A stretch of DNA of 63,839 nucleotides, filler included, from Conidiobolus incongruus B7586 (lineage: Eukaryota), in the NCBI GenBank assembly GCA_000697335.1. It is 8 parts of 8 records of this genome, joined end to end, with 100 filler letters (N's around TTAATTAATTAA, not from the genome) between each part and the next. Parts side by side here need not be neighbours in the genome. Positions count along the whole stretch, not along the records: positions 1 to 20,734 come from JNEM01006916.1; positions 20,835 to 39,531 come from JNEM01006917.1; 6 more parts are not named here. One strand, written 5' to 3'. This document shows positions 13,439 through 27,061 of the stretch, piece after piece (positions within the stretch are counted from its first letter, which is position 1; every line of letters begins with the position of its first letter). The translations under genes and the position numbers were made by a program. Below the pieces are notes generated by a model. It was not told where the DNA came from, made no database searches, and saw nothing but the letters and a program-made list of their open reading frames with translations.

Positions 13439-13541
13439 AGTTCACTGTATATATCAATCAATTTATAATTTTAAAATTAAAATTGAGAAACTGTATTATT
13501 GAAAAAAAAGAAAATAATGATTTTTATAATAAATTATTACA

Positions 13542-14134
13542 TTATACCAATCGATAAGTTTCATTCCCAACGAAATAAGTACCAGGTTTCTCTATATCAG
13601 GTACCAATATAAAAGAATGGTAAAACGTTTTAAATTGTGTACTTAACCCATAATTTACTCTACCAGAAACTGAAACTGATAGACAGTGACTACCTCCTGG
13701 TGCATTAGATACTAAATTTGAAAAAAAAATCAGTAAAAATTACCAAAGTATATAATGCAACGAAAGTTAATTACTAGGTAATGGATGAGTATTGTAAGAG
13801 TCCACTTGATGTTTCGTAGTTGGAAAAGTAGACAAAAAACTGTTGAAATTTTGAAATCCTTGAAAAGCTTTGCCTATCATAAATAAACAATTTTTAATAT
13901 AAATGATAAAATCATAAAATAGAATAAATATAGTACCATTAATAACGATTAAAGAACTATCCCTGTAAAAGGCATTTAATAGCTAACAAAAAAATTAATA
14001 ATTTATAAGCTACAGCTAATAATTAAATTTACTCCTCGATTTTTATCCAAGCAATCGTAATAAAGCTTAACGAATTGTTCAGCTCCTTTACTCGCTACAT
14101 TTACAAAGTTTTTAACTTCTGGATTCATATTCAT
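13542..14134 (-). CDS. NXT1: NTF2-related export protein NXT1 (p15), 4 exons, 138 aa; absent from the ORF track
   Basis: Exons 14134-14033, 13982-13937, 13873-13775, 13711-13542 give ...ASKGAEQFVKLYYDCLDKNRGLLNAFYRDSSLIVING...FPTTKHQVDSYNTHP...VSVSGRVNYG...FYHSFILVP...YFVGNETYRLV*. Confidence 0.85.
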
Positions 14135-14619
14135 ATTTATTATTTTGAAAAATAAGTTATTTTTATATTAGTATTAATTGTTATTTTTATCATGACAATT
14201 AGAGAGAATCAGAATTTAATTGAATATGAAATGTTAGAAATTATTATGGGTTGAAATTTTACAAGAGATATTTGAACAAAAAAAAATTTTAGATATATTA
14301 ATTCAATATTGGCTAACTAATTTCAAAGAAAATATTGAAAGAATTTTAAACAGAATATACCTATCATATATTTTTAATGAAAAATTTTAAAATATCATAA
14401 GTTAATTTATTTTATATTCAGATTTTTTTGTCCTTTCACTAATGAAATTTCTTAAACCCATAATTTATAATTTTCAATATCAGTAAGTTGCAATCAATAT
14501 AAATTAATTTATAGGGACTGTTCATAAATGCTAATGAACCATTTATAACCTTAAAATACTACTTCAATAATTTTACAGCCTTAAGTATTATTTATATTAA
14601 TTAAATAATTAACCCAATT

Positions 14620-17600
14620 ATGACATATGCAGTCATTAGTACAGTAAGTCCACCAAGTGTAATTCACCACAGTATCCAATGCCATTTTATCAACCCTCAA
14701 GAATGCAATTTAATCCTAGTGAAAACCAACGTTATAGAAATTTATAACTTATCAGAATTGGGTATTGATCCGATTTTTAAAATCAATTTATATGGTAGAA
14801 TCGTTAGTTTTAATAAGTATCGTCCTAGTGTAATGTTATTTATATTTTATATTTATTAAATACTAATATACATTTAGGAAGAACACCTAGATCACTTGAT
14901 TATATTAACGGAAAAGTATCAATTGTTGAATCTTAGATTTGATCCTGATACCAATCAAGTTTTAACTAATTCCAAGTTGAATGTGTTTAGTCCCTATGGC
15001 CGTCCCAATCCTAACAAATCATTCTGTATTGTAGATCAAACTCATAGATTATGCTTAGTCAGTGTGTATCAGGGGGAGCTGGGATTAGTTTGGCTTGATG
15101 GCAACCAACAGATGGAAGGATCATCTATGAAGCCTAACACCAGTACTAGTCATAGTATTTCAACATTCTCATCTGGTGAAATCACATTTAGACAACGTAT
15201 AATGATTGAACAGTTTGATATTCTCGATATTTGCTTCCTTAATCAAACAAAGCATCCTACCATTGCCTTACTCTACTCCGATTATTCTGGATGTCTCTGG
15301 ATCAAATTCTATCAACTCAGCATCAATTCAAATAAATTGACGGAAGTTTATGGTGAACGTGAGGTAGATCATCGTACCACAAAGCTTATCCCTTTACCCG
15401 AAGGTGGGTTAATCGTGCTTGGTGGCTCCAAGATTTCCGTGTACAATCAAAAGTATTCGGCCGACGACCAATTGTGTGTCAATCTCGTTGACATTCATGA
15501 ATTCACCACTTACGATGTGATTGACCAGACTCGATGTCTCGTAGGTGATGGCAAAGGCAAACTTCACGTTATTAAACTATTACCTTCCAGGCATGTAACT
15601 AACCAACTAGCACACGTGAACCTTCATCGCATCGGCTTTGTCTCAGCACCTCAAACCATCAACTATCTCGGAAATAGATTTGTGTTCATCGGTAGTTCTG
15701 GAGGTGACAGTCAAATTTGGCGACTTCCTTATCAATCAGAACCCTTTAAACTATACCAAACATTTACGAATTTGGGACCAATCACTGATATTAAATATCT
15801 TCAGCTGAATGAAAACGGTCCAGCATCCCTAGTATGCACAAGCGGTATTGGGAAAGATGGTTCTGTCAGATTAATAACTAGTGGTTCCAGTTGGGATAGA
15901 AAGCTCCATGTACCAGTGCAAGGTGTTTTGAAAATTTACACATTTGAAAAATTAAAAATTATTGCAATGGTTTTTGCTAATGAGATCAAGTTACTCAGAT
16001 GGGATGATCAAACCCAAGAGCTTGAATCACTCGATTTGGGTATTTCGATGTATAATGACGAATCCACACTACTCATGATTGAGGATGATGATGGGATTAT
16101 TCAAGTAACAAGCTCGGGTGTTCAAATATACAATATTTTAAAGACTCAAGCCCACGTTCAAAATATATGGTCCCATCCTAATGGATCTAAAATCTCATTA
16201 ACTTGCGGCAACAGAGGCAGAATTGTAATTGTAGATGAATTGAATACATTGTATTATTTCAAAATAGTACATGGTAAATTAGAACCTATCAAACAACATA
16301 CATTTGATAGACCCATCTCATATATCGAATTATTGGATCAATATGAACTTAAAAACTATTGCATCATTTCTAATTGGAATCAACTAAATATCTCACTATT
16401 TAATTTAAAGCAATCGACCATTGTTGACACCGTCGTGCTTCCTGAGGTCGATTCATATTCATCATTAATCACATCTATCAAAATTGGCCTTTTTAATGCC
16501 TTGAAATATTTATTTATTGGTTTATCTGATGGTACTTGCTTATACTCCAGGATATCAACTAAAAAACTAAATGAATTAGAGGCTCGATCACTCGGAATGG
16601 GTCCAATTCACTTTGATAAAATTGTCCACGATGGCAAAGAGTACATCATTACCACTGGAAATCGCCCTATGATGATTCATTACCACATGGATAAAATAGT
16701 ATTCACCCCTGTATATGCTCCTGGCGCAACTTACATCGCACCTTTTCCTCAGACTAATTGGAATATTCTCCTAAATGACGATGGTTGGGAAGTTGGCGAA
16801 GTGATAGTTGAATCTAGTCTCCAAGTTCAATCACATTTCATTGGAAAACAACCTAGAAAAATTATACATCTCAAGCACCTAAACAAGTTGGTACTCATGA
16901 CTCATCGCTTCAATGATGAGAGTGTGGGCAGCATTCAGTTAGTTGATCCATATACCTTTGATAGCATTTCCGAATATGCCTTCAATGAAGATGAAATGAC
17001 GAGTTGCATCCATTGGATTGAGTTTAACCAGGATAAAGACCAAGCTTACCTGATTGTCGGAACTGGAATCAGCAAAAGCGACGAGGAAGAGTGCCATAAT
17101 GGAAACATCCACTTCTTCCAATTAGATAACAATAACAAATTCAACTTGAGCTTCTCGATTCCTGTTAAAGGTGCTGTTTACGATCTTATTCTACATCACA
17201 ACAAAATGATTGTAGGTATCAATGGAATGCTATCTCTATTCCTAATCAGCCCTGGAGAAAAATCATTTAAAAACCTTCATACTTTATATATGCCAACCGC
17301 AGTAACGCAATTGGATGTAATTGAAGAGTTCATCCTCGTCCAAGATTTCATTCGATCTGTCCAAATTGTTGTGTTGGCCAAAGATGGTGATCAGCTGGTG
17401 CACCACTGCGGTGACAACACACCCATATGGCCCATTAGCTCGCGCGCGCTTGACGCCTCCACCATTCTTTCGGGCGACTCCAACTTCAATCTGGTTCTTC
17501 TAAAGCGATCCCAAATGGCGCTAGCACGCGGTGAAAAACCCAAAATAACATGGGTAGGCCAAATCCATTGGGGAGACCAAATCAATTGCATTGTTCGCAA

Positions 17601-17946
17601 GCCCGACGATCTCCAGACTCTCGTCTTCGGTACATCTGGAGGTGCTATCGGCGTAATGAGAACGATTGACAGTGAAACGTACGACATCCTCAGTCATCTC
17701 GTAGACAACGTCGCAAGCTTTGTTCAAGGTGTGGGAGGTCTGGAATATGATACGTGGCGCCAGTTCGAAAACGACCGTCTTAAGAGAGATTGCTACGGGT
17801 TTATCGATGGTGATATGTTGGATGTCTTCCTGAATTTGGATAGCGAAGCCAAGAAGCGAGTGCTCCACGGCAAAGGTTCGGATAGTTTGAATTTACCTTT
17901 GAATATGGTTGTGGATATGGTCAAAGAAATTCTTAATTTTTATTAG
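14620..17946 (+). CDS. DDB1: DNA damage-binding protein 1 (CUL4 adaptor, triple beta-propeller), 2 exons
   Basis: Exon 1 14620-14829, intron 14830-14877, exon 2 14878-17946. Motifs FIGSSGGDSQ, TFTNLGPITD, TSGIGKDGSVR, FGTSGGAIG, GFIDGDMLDVFL. Confidence 0.9.
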
Positions 17947-18309
17947 CTAATAAAATCAACTCATTCTATCATTTAAAATAGTAATTAGAATTATACTAGA
18001 TCATCATTGTTCCAAAAATATTTTAATTATAAACATACTAATTAAAGATGTCGTCATCCTAATCAATATTAATTTCATCATTTTAATATCTGATTTTTTA
18101 TAATATTAACCCACATAATAATTGATTCTATTTCATTTTTTATTATATAAAACAACATATTGTAATTGAGAGTTTAGAAATTTAATTTATAAGTGCTAAG
18201 TTTAGAGAATTGAATTAGTTATAATTCTTTTTGATTACCAAAAAAGAAACTATTTTACAAAAATAAAAAACTTCATATATTTCACAGTAGAAAATCTCAG
18301 GCAATAATG

Positions 18310-20495
18310 TTACTCTGGATTTTAAATAATGTGATTTTTTGGAATTAAAAAAATAAGCATTTTAATATATAATTTATAAAAATAAATGCATACAATAAAA
18401 TCAATACTCTCTTTTTTATTAATAACTTTTTGCTATACTTTTAACACTTAAAAAAATAACTCTTTTTATTAAGATTTGAAATTTGATGTTTCACAATATT
18501 AATTAAATTTTTCTATAGAAATTTTCTTTCTTATAAGCTGATTATTTAATAATTTAGAGCAATTATAATTATATAAGTTATAATCTATCAAATATACTAG
18601 ATGTAATAGCTTTTTTAATTATTTTCAATTAGAAAATCTTTTTAAGCCTTTAATTTCTTATATTTTATAACTATCACAAAAAATAATAGATATATTTAGA
18701 TTGTATTAGGAATATTAATTAGAAATAGTTTTATTTAAATAAATATAATATTTATTAATAATTAATTTTCACTCAAATTTTCAATAAAAAAGTATATGCA
18801 ATTATAACCTGATATAATAGCTAATATTCACTTATAAATAAAATATTTATTTAAAAAGATTTACACTAACCTACAAAAGTGAGTCATAAAATCAAAAACA
18901 CTTATATTCTTACTAATAACTTAATTAATATTTAATAAAATAAACCTAAATTAAATAATTAAAATCTATTATATTTATTAGTTATATATATTATTAAATG
19001 ATAATATTTAACTATTAATTGGTTAAAATATAAACCCTTAAATTTTACTCAAGGTGAGTTATAAATTTGTAGGTTTTTAGTGATAAAAAAAATTAAAATT
19101 TAATGTATTTACCTTTAGCTTTACTAACTTCTTTAAGTTTGTAGGGTATAGAATCAACTAACTTTTTATACTAAGAAGGGTTAATCTTATTCTATACTTC
19201 TTAAACATATTTTTAAAATTGATCTAAATTTTTTATTAGGGGGAAAACTTTAATAACTTTTTTTAACTAATTCTAAAGGTGTTTAATTAGATTAAAGTTA
19301 AAAGATTAAAGAAGCTACTTTATAACTATTATCTTGTTATTTTTAAGCTATTTGGTAATAAAAGCTATAGTATAACAAGAGGTATTATCTTGCTAGAAAA
19401 TAACATCAGATTTGTTTAACTTATATTATTCAATGGTTTTTTTCAATTTATTGTTTAGAATACTTTAGTACATTTTGATATTAATTCCTTTATTAACTTT
19501 ACAAAGATATTTTATACCTAAAGATAATATATATCCCTAAATAATAATTAGCCTACTATTATATTTTTGGGTAGAATTAACATAATAGTTATAAAGTAAT
19601 TTTATATTTTTTCTAAAGTATCTAGCTTTTTTATTAAATCTACTAAAGTATATTTTTGTTTCATTAGATTAAATAACCTTACTCTAATTAGTTTTAATTT
19701 AACATTAGTAGCAATATTTAAACTCCCACCTAATTTTACAGTAGGATTTTTTTAATTGGGGGTGTTTTTTCTTAAAGTGTAAGTAATATCTATATTAATA
19801 TAAAACACATATAATAGTATCAGTGCTAACTAATATTCTTATATAATTTTATAGTTCCTGTTGTATTTTTACAGCAATACTATATTTACCTATACTAATT
19901 AACCTATAGATATACTTCTTATTATGTTTATCTATGATTTTAACACACTTAAGTTTAAGTTTAAATGTTTCTTTATTGCTATTCTTAACAACTTTAACTA
20001 TAGTAGACTAGCTAACACTAATAATTCTAGCAATATCACAAGTTGATTTACCTTTTTTATAAAGTTAATTAATACACAAGTAAATTTTCTTAGAGAGGGA
20101 TTTAAGTATAATAATACTAATAAAAAAAATTTAGTATATCTGTAAAATATTATATAAAATAATAACAAAGAGAGAAAAAAGATATGGCTATATATTGTTA
20201 AATATATCCCCTTATCTCAAAAACCCACAAATTTATAACTTACCTTGGTTAAATATTAAAGGTTAATATTTTTGCTAATAGTTTATTAAATATATCTAAA
20301 TATATTTATTTATTATTAAATAATATACCTTAATTATATATTATAGTTTCAAATAATCTAATATATACAATTGTTTTAGTTATTAATTAAAATATATATA
20401 TATTTTTGATTTTATGACTTACTTTTGTGGGTTAGTGTATAAATATAATTATTTTAATTTATATTTTGATAAAGAGATATATATATAAGGATTTA
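18310..20495 (-). mobile_element. Degenerate mariner (DD34D) copy interrupted by a Tc1 element
   Basis: Begins with TIR TTACTCTGGATTTTAAATAATG as at 56615. 18310-18861 aligns with 56615-57185, and similarity resumes at 20440-20495 after the Tc1 insertion. Confidence 0.75.
18864..20437 (-). mobile_element. Full-length degenerate Tc1 (DD34E) transposon, about 1.57 kb, TA target duplication
   Basis: TA|CACTAACCTACAAAAGTGAGTCATAAAATCAAAAA ... TTTTTGATTTTATGACTTACTTTTGTGGGTTAGTG|TA. Transposase relic 20109-19093 (about 339 codons) is an inverted copy of 59952-60966. Confidence 0.9.
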
Positions 20496-20734
20496 ATTAT
20501 AGACTTATATTCTTTGTCTAAATTTTTATAAATTATAGTATAACTTAATTAATTATAAATAAATTTATAATATAATTATTTACTAAAGGTAGACTTTAAT
20601 ATATTTAATTTTTTTATAGTTTTTAACTTAGCTTTTTTTATATATTAAATTTATTAGTTTAATAAATCTAATAGTTATCTATTATAAATATATAATTAAT
20701 TAACTATATCAATTAATTATATAATTTTTGGTTT

Positions 20735-20834
20735 NNNNNNNNNNNNNNNNNNNNNNNNNNNNNNNNNNNNNNNNNNNNTTAATTAATTAANNNNNNNNNN
20801 NNNNNNNNNNNNNNNNNNNNNNNNNNNNNNNNNN
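20735..20834. other. Assembly gap spacer N44-TTAATTAATTAA-N44 (also 39532-39631, 47931-48030, 57900-57999, 59241-59340, 61254-61353, 62721-62820)
   Basis: Identical 100-nt N-padded linker with stops in all six frames; artificial. Each gap abuts recognisable transposon sequence. Confidence 0.97.
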
Positions 20835-23107
20835 AATATAATTTCATTAAAATTAACTAATAAAATATTAATAGATCAATAATAAATAAATATATATTTT
20901 TATAGATTATTAAAGTTTTTAATTAATTTTTTATATTGGTTTTTGTTTATGATAATATAATTATTTAATATAATTATTTAGTTAGTATTAGGTAAAGTAT
21001 TTAGTAGTTTTATAATAAGATAATATAAATTTTTTAAAATTATCTCTATTAATTTCTTTTAGGATATAAAAAAAATAGATTTGTGACTTTTTAAAATAAT
21101 ACTTATAGATAAAATATTATGGTATTTAAACTAATTTTAACCTAATATAAAATTATAACTAATATTATCAACTAGGAATTTTATATATTAAAAATAATTA
21201 AGAAATAGTAATAAATATTTAAATATAATATTAAATACTTATTCCATTAAATTATTAGTATATTTAATTATTAAACTATTTTTTTAGATAGATAAAAATA
21301 GTTTTATAATAATAAAAAAAATAATAAAACTAAAATTATCAAAGTTAATAAAAATATTAACAGGAAAATTTATGAAATATCTAGTTAAAATAAATAATAA
21401 AATAATAGTTAAAGGTAAAAAACTATTAGATAAATTAATTACTAAAATATTTTTAGTTTTTAATGATTTAATTAACTAAATCTCTCTAGTATATATAATT
21501 TAATTTATAGAATAATTGATCTTTTAGAACTTTTGTGGATTAAATTAGAACTTATTTACTAATTATGAAAAAGGTGATTTTAAAGTTACATTAATATTAT
21601 TCAAGTTTTTGTGGTTGGTAAATTAAAATTATTGAAAATTAAATAAATATTGCTTTTTGAAAAAATACTTATTAACTTTGTAATTAACTTAAGTTTTTCA
21701 ACAATAATAGTAACTTTTATTTATTTTTAAATAAACTTTAACTTTTTTATTAAAAGTTTTCTTATAAAATTTTAAAGTTAAAACATCTATTATTTGAAAT
21801 TTAAATAAGTTAGTATAAGTTTTAAAAAATTAATTTTTAAGATAAGAAGATTTAGTTATAAAGTAAAAAATACTATTAATTATAATTACTATATCACAAA
21901 TATTAAAAAAAACATACTATTAAAATGTTCCCTATTAATTAACTAGAGTTTTACTTAAAGATTAAAATACTATAATAACTTATAGATTTATTTTTCTTTA
22001 GTGATATTTAGTATATTTATATATATCTTAATAAATTTCTTAATTAATTATCTTGTAGAAGTTTTTAATTAGAGAAAACTTTTTTTTTGTTAATTAAAAT
22101 TAATCTTTTAAATAATATCTTTCTTTAAAAACTTTTATTAATTATTTAAAGGTTTATATATTTATAGTAAGTTATCCCTTTAAAAACTCTTTAGGATTAA
22201 GTTTATAATAAATTAACTATTAGATATAAGTAGATTTTTCTAGAAAAAATAGTTAATTTAAAGATGTTCTTTAAATCTTTATTAAAAATTAAATTAAGAT
22301 AATTTTTTATATTTTTATGGTTTTTTATAAGCTTGTAAAAATTTTTAAAACTATTATAAATAGTTAATTTGTTTTTAAAGATATTAAAAAGATAATTTAA
22401 TATAATAATTTAGTAAAATAACTAGTTTGTTAGATTTAAGCTTTTTAAGTTTTATTTTTCTTAATCAAAATTTATTTAATATAAGTTTCTTAAAAGATAA
22501 TAAGTTTTTAAAAATTAAAAGCTTAGATTCATTTAGTAATTAAGCTATTATTATTATTAAAATAATATAAGGGTATTTTTTTAATGGAATTATAGTATAT
22601 AATATTAAATTTAAATAAAATAAATTATAGATAAAATTGAAAATAATAATAAATAAGTTTAATATAGATAAATATTAATTTCTAATAGGTTTTTAGTAGT
22701 TTTATTTTTGTTAATATATAAGCATAGTAGTAAATACTATTATAATATAAAAGAAAACTTAATATAAAAGTAATATAACACAGAATATAGTACTATAATA
22801 TAATTATAGCATATAAATATAAACAAAATTTAATTAAGCTTTAAATTAAATTAAGTCACTAATATATAAATATCTATATTAGGTAGTGTTAATATATTAT
22901 AATATTAATAAAATATAGTTTTAATCTTAGAAATAATATAAAAGTAAATAATAATAAGAATTGAAAGGAAAAAAATACCTAGTTTATTAGATAATTCAAT
23001 GTTATTTATATAATTTAGTTATAAAAGTATAAATTAATCAAATAATTTATAATTAATTGAATTATATAAAAGTATATATAAGAATTTAGAGAACTAATCT
23101 CTTAACA
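20835..23107 (-). mobile_element. Degenerate Ty3/Gypsy retrotransposon, 5' part (5' LTR 23107-22717, gag, protease), truncated by a gap
   Basis: Inverted homolog of 39632-41870; the LTR begins TGTTAAGAG at 23107 on the minus strand and matches the LTRs at 42106 and 61354. Confidence 0.85.
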
Positions 23108-25084
23108 ATATTAATATTTTCAAATCTTATTTAAATTATAGAATTTATTTCAATATAAAATTTATAAACTTAAAACCCTTACCTATTGTTTTAAATCAAA
23201 AAGAAAATTATTATATTGTTAAAAAAATCTTATCATATTATAATTATTATAATAAAGACTAATATTTAATTAAATAATTATATTATCCAAAAAAAAACTT
23301 TGCAAAAATTTTAAAAATATAAAAAATATTGATATATTTAAAAAAACTCATAGCTAATAAAAAATTAATTTACTTTGTTTTAATAGTTAAACTAATTCAA
23401 AAAGAATATAAAAAATTGATTTTATAATTTAAATTAAAAATTAACTTAAATATTTTAATAATTATGAAATTAAAATTTAATTATAAATTAACCTTATTTT
23501 TATGATATTTTATATTTATAATATATTAGAATTTATTATATATATTACATATTACTCTAAATATCAAAAAAGTCAAAAAAATAAAAAATCAAAGAATAAA
23601 CCAACTTTCTTATCCTTAAAGTTATTTATTTATATAAAGTGTTCTTTTGAATATATATTATATTATTTAATTAAATGACTGATTTTGTATATAATATCAT
23701 TTAATTTTGAACTAGGTTATATTTTGAATTAATTTAATATTGTTAAAATTAAGTATAAATATATTAAGTTTATTATATTAATTTTGTGATATTTAAATAA
23801 TTTATCAATATTTATAAAATAAAAACTAAATAAAAATAATAATTAATTTTTTTATATTAAATTTTAAAATAGCTCATTGAATTTCTATAATAATTTTAAA
23901 TAAATTAGAACTTAATATTATCAATTTATCCATATGAATACAATTTTTTAATCAAATATCAACATAATTCAATTATGTAATATATAATTATTAAGGTGAT
24001 TTAAAGTTAATAACTAATATGAAATAATTTTTATTTTCATCCCATTATAAAATTACCATTAAATAATATATAAATTATTTATAAATTTTAGGGAATATTG
24101 AAATAAATACACTAAGTTCAATTTTAACATTGTAACAATGCAATACAATTTTATAAATATAATTAATGGTTAATATCCATAATATTTATATGATATTTTA
24201 ACCATTTTATTAATATAAAAAATAAAAAAATTATTTAATAATCTCTTCTTGGGGTTTGTTAATACTGTTTTGAATCCATAATATTCATAAACTTCTATGA
24301 ATATATATGTAGTAACTTGGATTATTCACAACTACCAAATTTTAATATGACAATAACTAAATATTGATTTTCAGTTACATCAATTTCAATTATTGAAATG
24401 AAATTGAAATTAAATTGAATTAATTTCATTATTGCATAATAATTAGAAAAAGAATAATTTTAATTTGTTAAATTTAAATCATAAATTTATTTTAAGAATA
24501 AATTTATAATTGTTGATGGAATGAGCTTTGTACTTAAATTTAATAAGGTATTTTTGTTTTTATTTTGATTAATGCAGTTTATTTTTAGATATCATTTTGT
24601 TCTAACACTATGATTCAAATAGCAAACAAATACTCCAACCAGTTAATTCAATTTTCGAACTAAAATGAATATAAATTCAAATTTCAATAGTTTTTGAAAT
24701 TGATTTGATCTCTATAATAATATTGTATTAAAAATAAACTATTTATTTACATATTTTTAATATTAAAATAATCAAACTTGACTATTGATTTGAATTTTAA
24801 ATAAATTTTTTATTTATAAAATTTAAACAAATTTCCAAATTATAGAAGTTATTTTAATTCATAATTCTAAAATAAATGGAAATGTTATGATTAAAGTATA
24901 ATTGCGCATTATAAAGTTGTAAAATCAAAATTTAACTAATACTTTAAGTGCATAAAATTAAAGTCAAACAAAGATGATGTATAAATAACAAGGAAAAGAC
25001 TACTGAGTTAAGAAATTATATAATTATTCTGATAAAATAAGATTGAAAAAATAATCGAATTACTCTTAATTATATAGCAAAAAG

Positions 25085-25960
25085 ATGCATGGAACATTTG
25101 TGAAATTCCTATTTATTATCTTTTATACTGGATTGATAATATTCAATGTTATACATTATTCAAAACATATTAAAGCTTCACATCTACCGTTCAGTCAGTC
25201 AACCGAAAAGATCGAAATTACGAAGCACATATGGCAGACCTCACCACATAAGGTAAATGAGAAGGTTCTCAAGCTGATGAATAAGTGGAAGGAAGTTCCT
25301 GACTGGGAATATGACTACAAGTCAGAAGATGATATAAAAAAATATTTGAAGGAGCAATATCCTGAAATCAAAATTGATAAAGTATTTGAACAACGTCCAA
25401 TTATGGCCTATGATTTATTTCGATATTCCATTATCTATAATGAAGGTGGTCTTTATACAGATTCAGATATTGAAAAAGCTGCCGAATTTGAAGACACTTT
25501 ACAACACTTGAGCCAGTGCAACGTCATTGTGGGAGTTGAAGCGGATCTTAGAGATCGTGGCAAATGGTATGTTGGTAGATTCTCTAGAAGCCTACAACTG
25601 TATCAGTCGTCATTCTACTCCTCACCAAAGCATCCTCTAATGAAATTTGTTATACTTAGAGTGCTAAGACAACTTGACTACTACCTCGCGCGCGAAAAGA
25701 ATCTGAGAGATGAAGATGTAATGGAAGTAAGTGGCCCTGGAATTTGGACGGATGCCATTCGGGACTATATCTCCATGACAACTGGAGTGGACTTTTATGA
25801 CCAAATCAATTGTGGTAAATCATACAAGTTTAATGACGTGTGTATACTGAATGTTAAAGGATTCGCTCTAAGTATGCCTCATTCATGTCATAACGAAACG
25901 GACTCTGATACATTTATAGTTAATGTACGTCACTTTTTAGGCTCTTGGAAACATGAATAA
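25085..25960 (+). CDS. Glycosyltransferase family 32 (OCH1/HOC1-like mannosyltransferase), copy 1
   Basis: N-terminal type II TM anchor, KHIWQT, DLFRYSIIYNEGGLYTDSD (DxD), SGPGIWTD, HFLGSWK. Confidence 0.9.
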   Translation: MHGTFVKFLFIIFYTGLIIFNVIHYSKHIKASHLPFSQSTEKIEITKHIWQTSPHKVNEKVLKLMNKWKEVPDWEYDYKSEDDIKKYLKEQYPEIKIDKVFEQRPIMAYDLFRYSIIYNEGGLYTDSDIEKAAEFEDTLQHLSQCNVIVGVEADLRDRGKWYVGRFSRSLQLYQSSFYSSPKHPLMKFVILRVLRQLDYYLAREKNLRDEDVMEVSGPGIWTDAIRDYISMTTGVDFYDQINCGKSYKFNDVCILNVKGFALSMPHSCHNETDSDTFIVNVRHFLGSWKHE

Positions 25961-27061
25961 TCGTTTTGAATATTTAATGGTATAAGTTTTTAGATTATCT
26001 AATATAAAGTCAATATTGATATTGTCATATGAAAATATATCATTGATTATCAACCAAAATTTATAATAAATAATAATTCATGAATATAATTAGAATGCTT
26101 TACAATATAGCATCTTATATATTTTATGATGTATCTAGATCAATCATGTCAAAAATAGTTGAACTATATAACTGCGTTTTTATAGTTAATATTCCTTGTA
26201 TTTATTCTATATTTATAATATTATTGCCATTCAACTAAAGAATTCTCTCAACTGTAGAGCATACACTGCTATGCAATTGGATTAATCTTTCTCATCTCTA
26301 TTTATATTAATTATCTATCCACGAATCATAAGGTATAGATATGAAAAATAAATTCAACCTCAGGCAAAATCATAATCTACCTAAATAATTTACCTTTATA
26401 GATTTACAGATTTTAGATTAGTAAATAGGCTATTAAACTTATATAATTTCCTAAAAATTTGAAATATTAATGATTCAAATTTTTAAATTTTTAACATTGA
26501 TAATTTTATGTATTTGATGAATTAAATATGAAAAAAATTCAAATAAATATATATATGATCAATAAAAAATATGTTTCTATATTCTTATTTTAGTTAATTT
26601 ATTTTTAAAAATATAGCTTGAATCATTTAACACCAATTATATCAATTTGTTTTATTGATTTAATTTTTTTTCAATTATAAGGAATAAAGAAAATAAAATA
26701 ATAAAAATTTACTTAATGCAAATTGATCATTTTGGTAATATTTTTATTCTAATATAAACTTAACTATTAAATTACATTTGTATTAAAATAAGATTGAAGT
26801 AAAATTCAAATATATATATATATATATATTGTGAAATTTTACAAAAAGTTATAGTATTATAGAAAAAAACAATCATTATTTAAAATGACTTTTAATTATA
26901 TATGAAAATATAAATTATTACTCAAGGAATTATATATAATATATTTTTGATTTTATAATTATTAAAAATTTTAGTAAAAAAGTTTCTTATTTTATTAAAT
27001 AATAAGAATCAAATAAAAATATTTAAAATCCACCATCTATTATTAACCATTATTTCATCTA

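Noticed and set aside
17439..17450. CGCGCG runs in coding DNA (also about 25686 and 31005) despite the AT-rich genome
   Set aside because: Explained by Ser/Leu-Ala-Arg codons, and two of the three are paralogous positions; no evidence of a regulatory role.
20735..20834. Recurring palindrome TTAATTAATTAA between N runs, superficially a spaced repeat or CRISPR-like array
   Set aside because: Artificial scaffolding linker, identical at all seven gaps.
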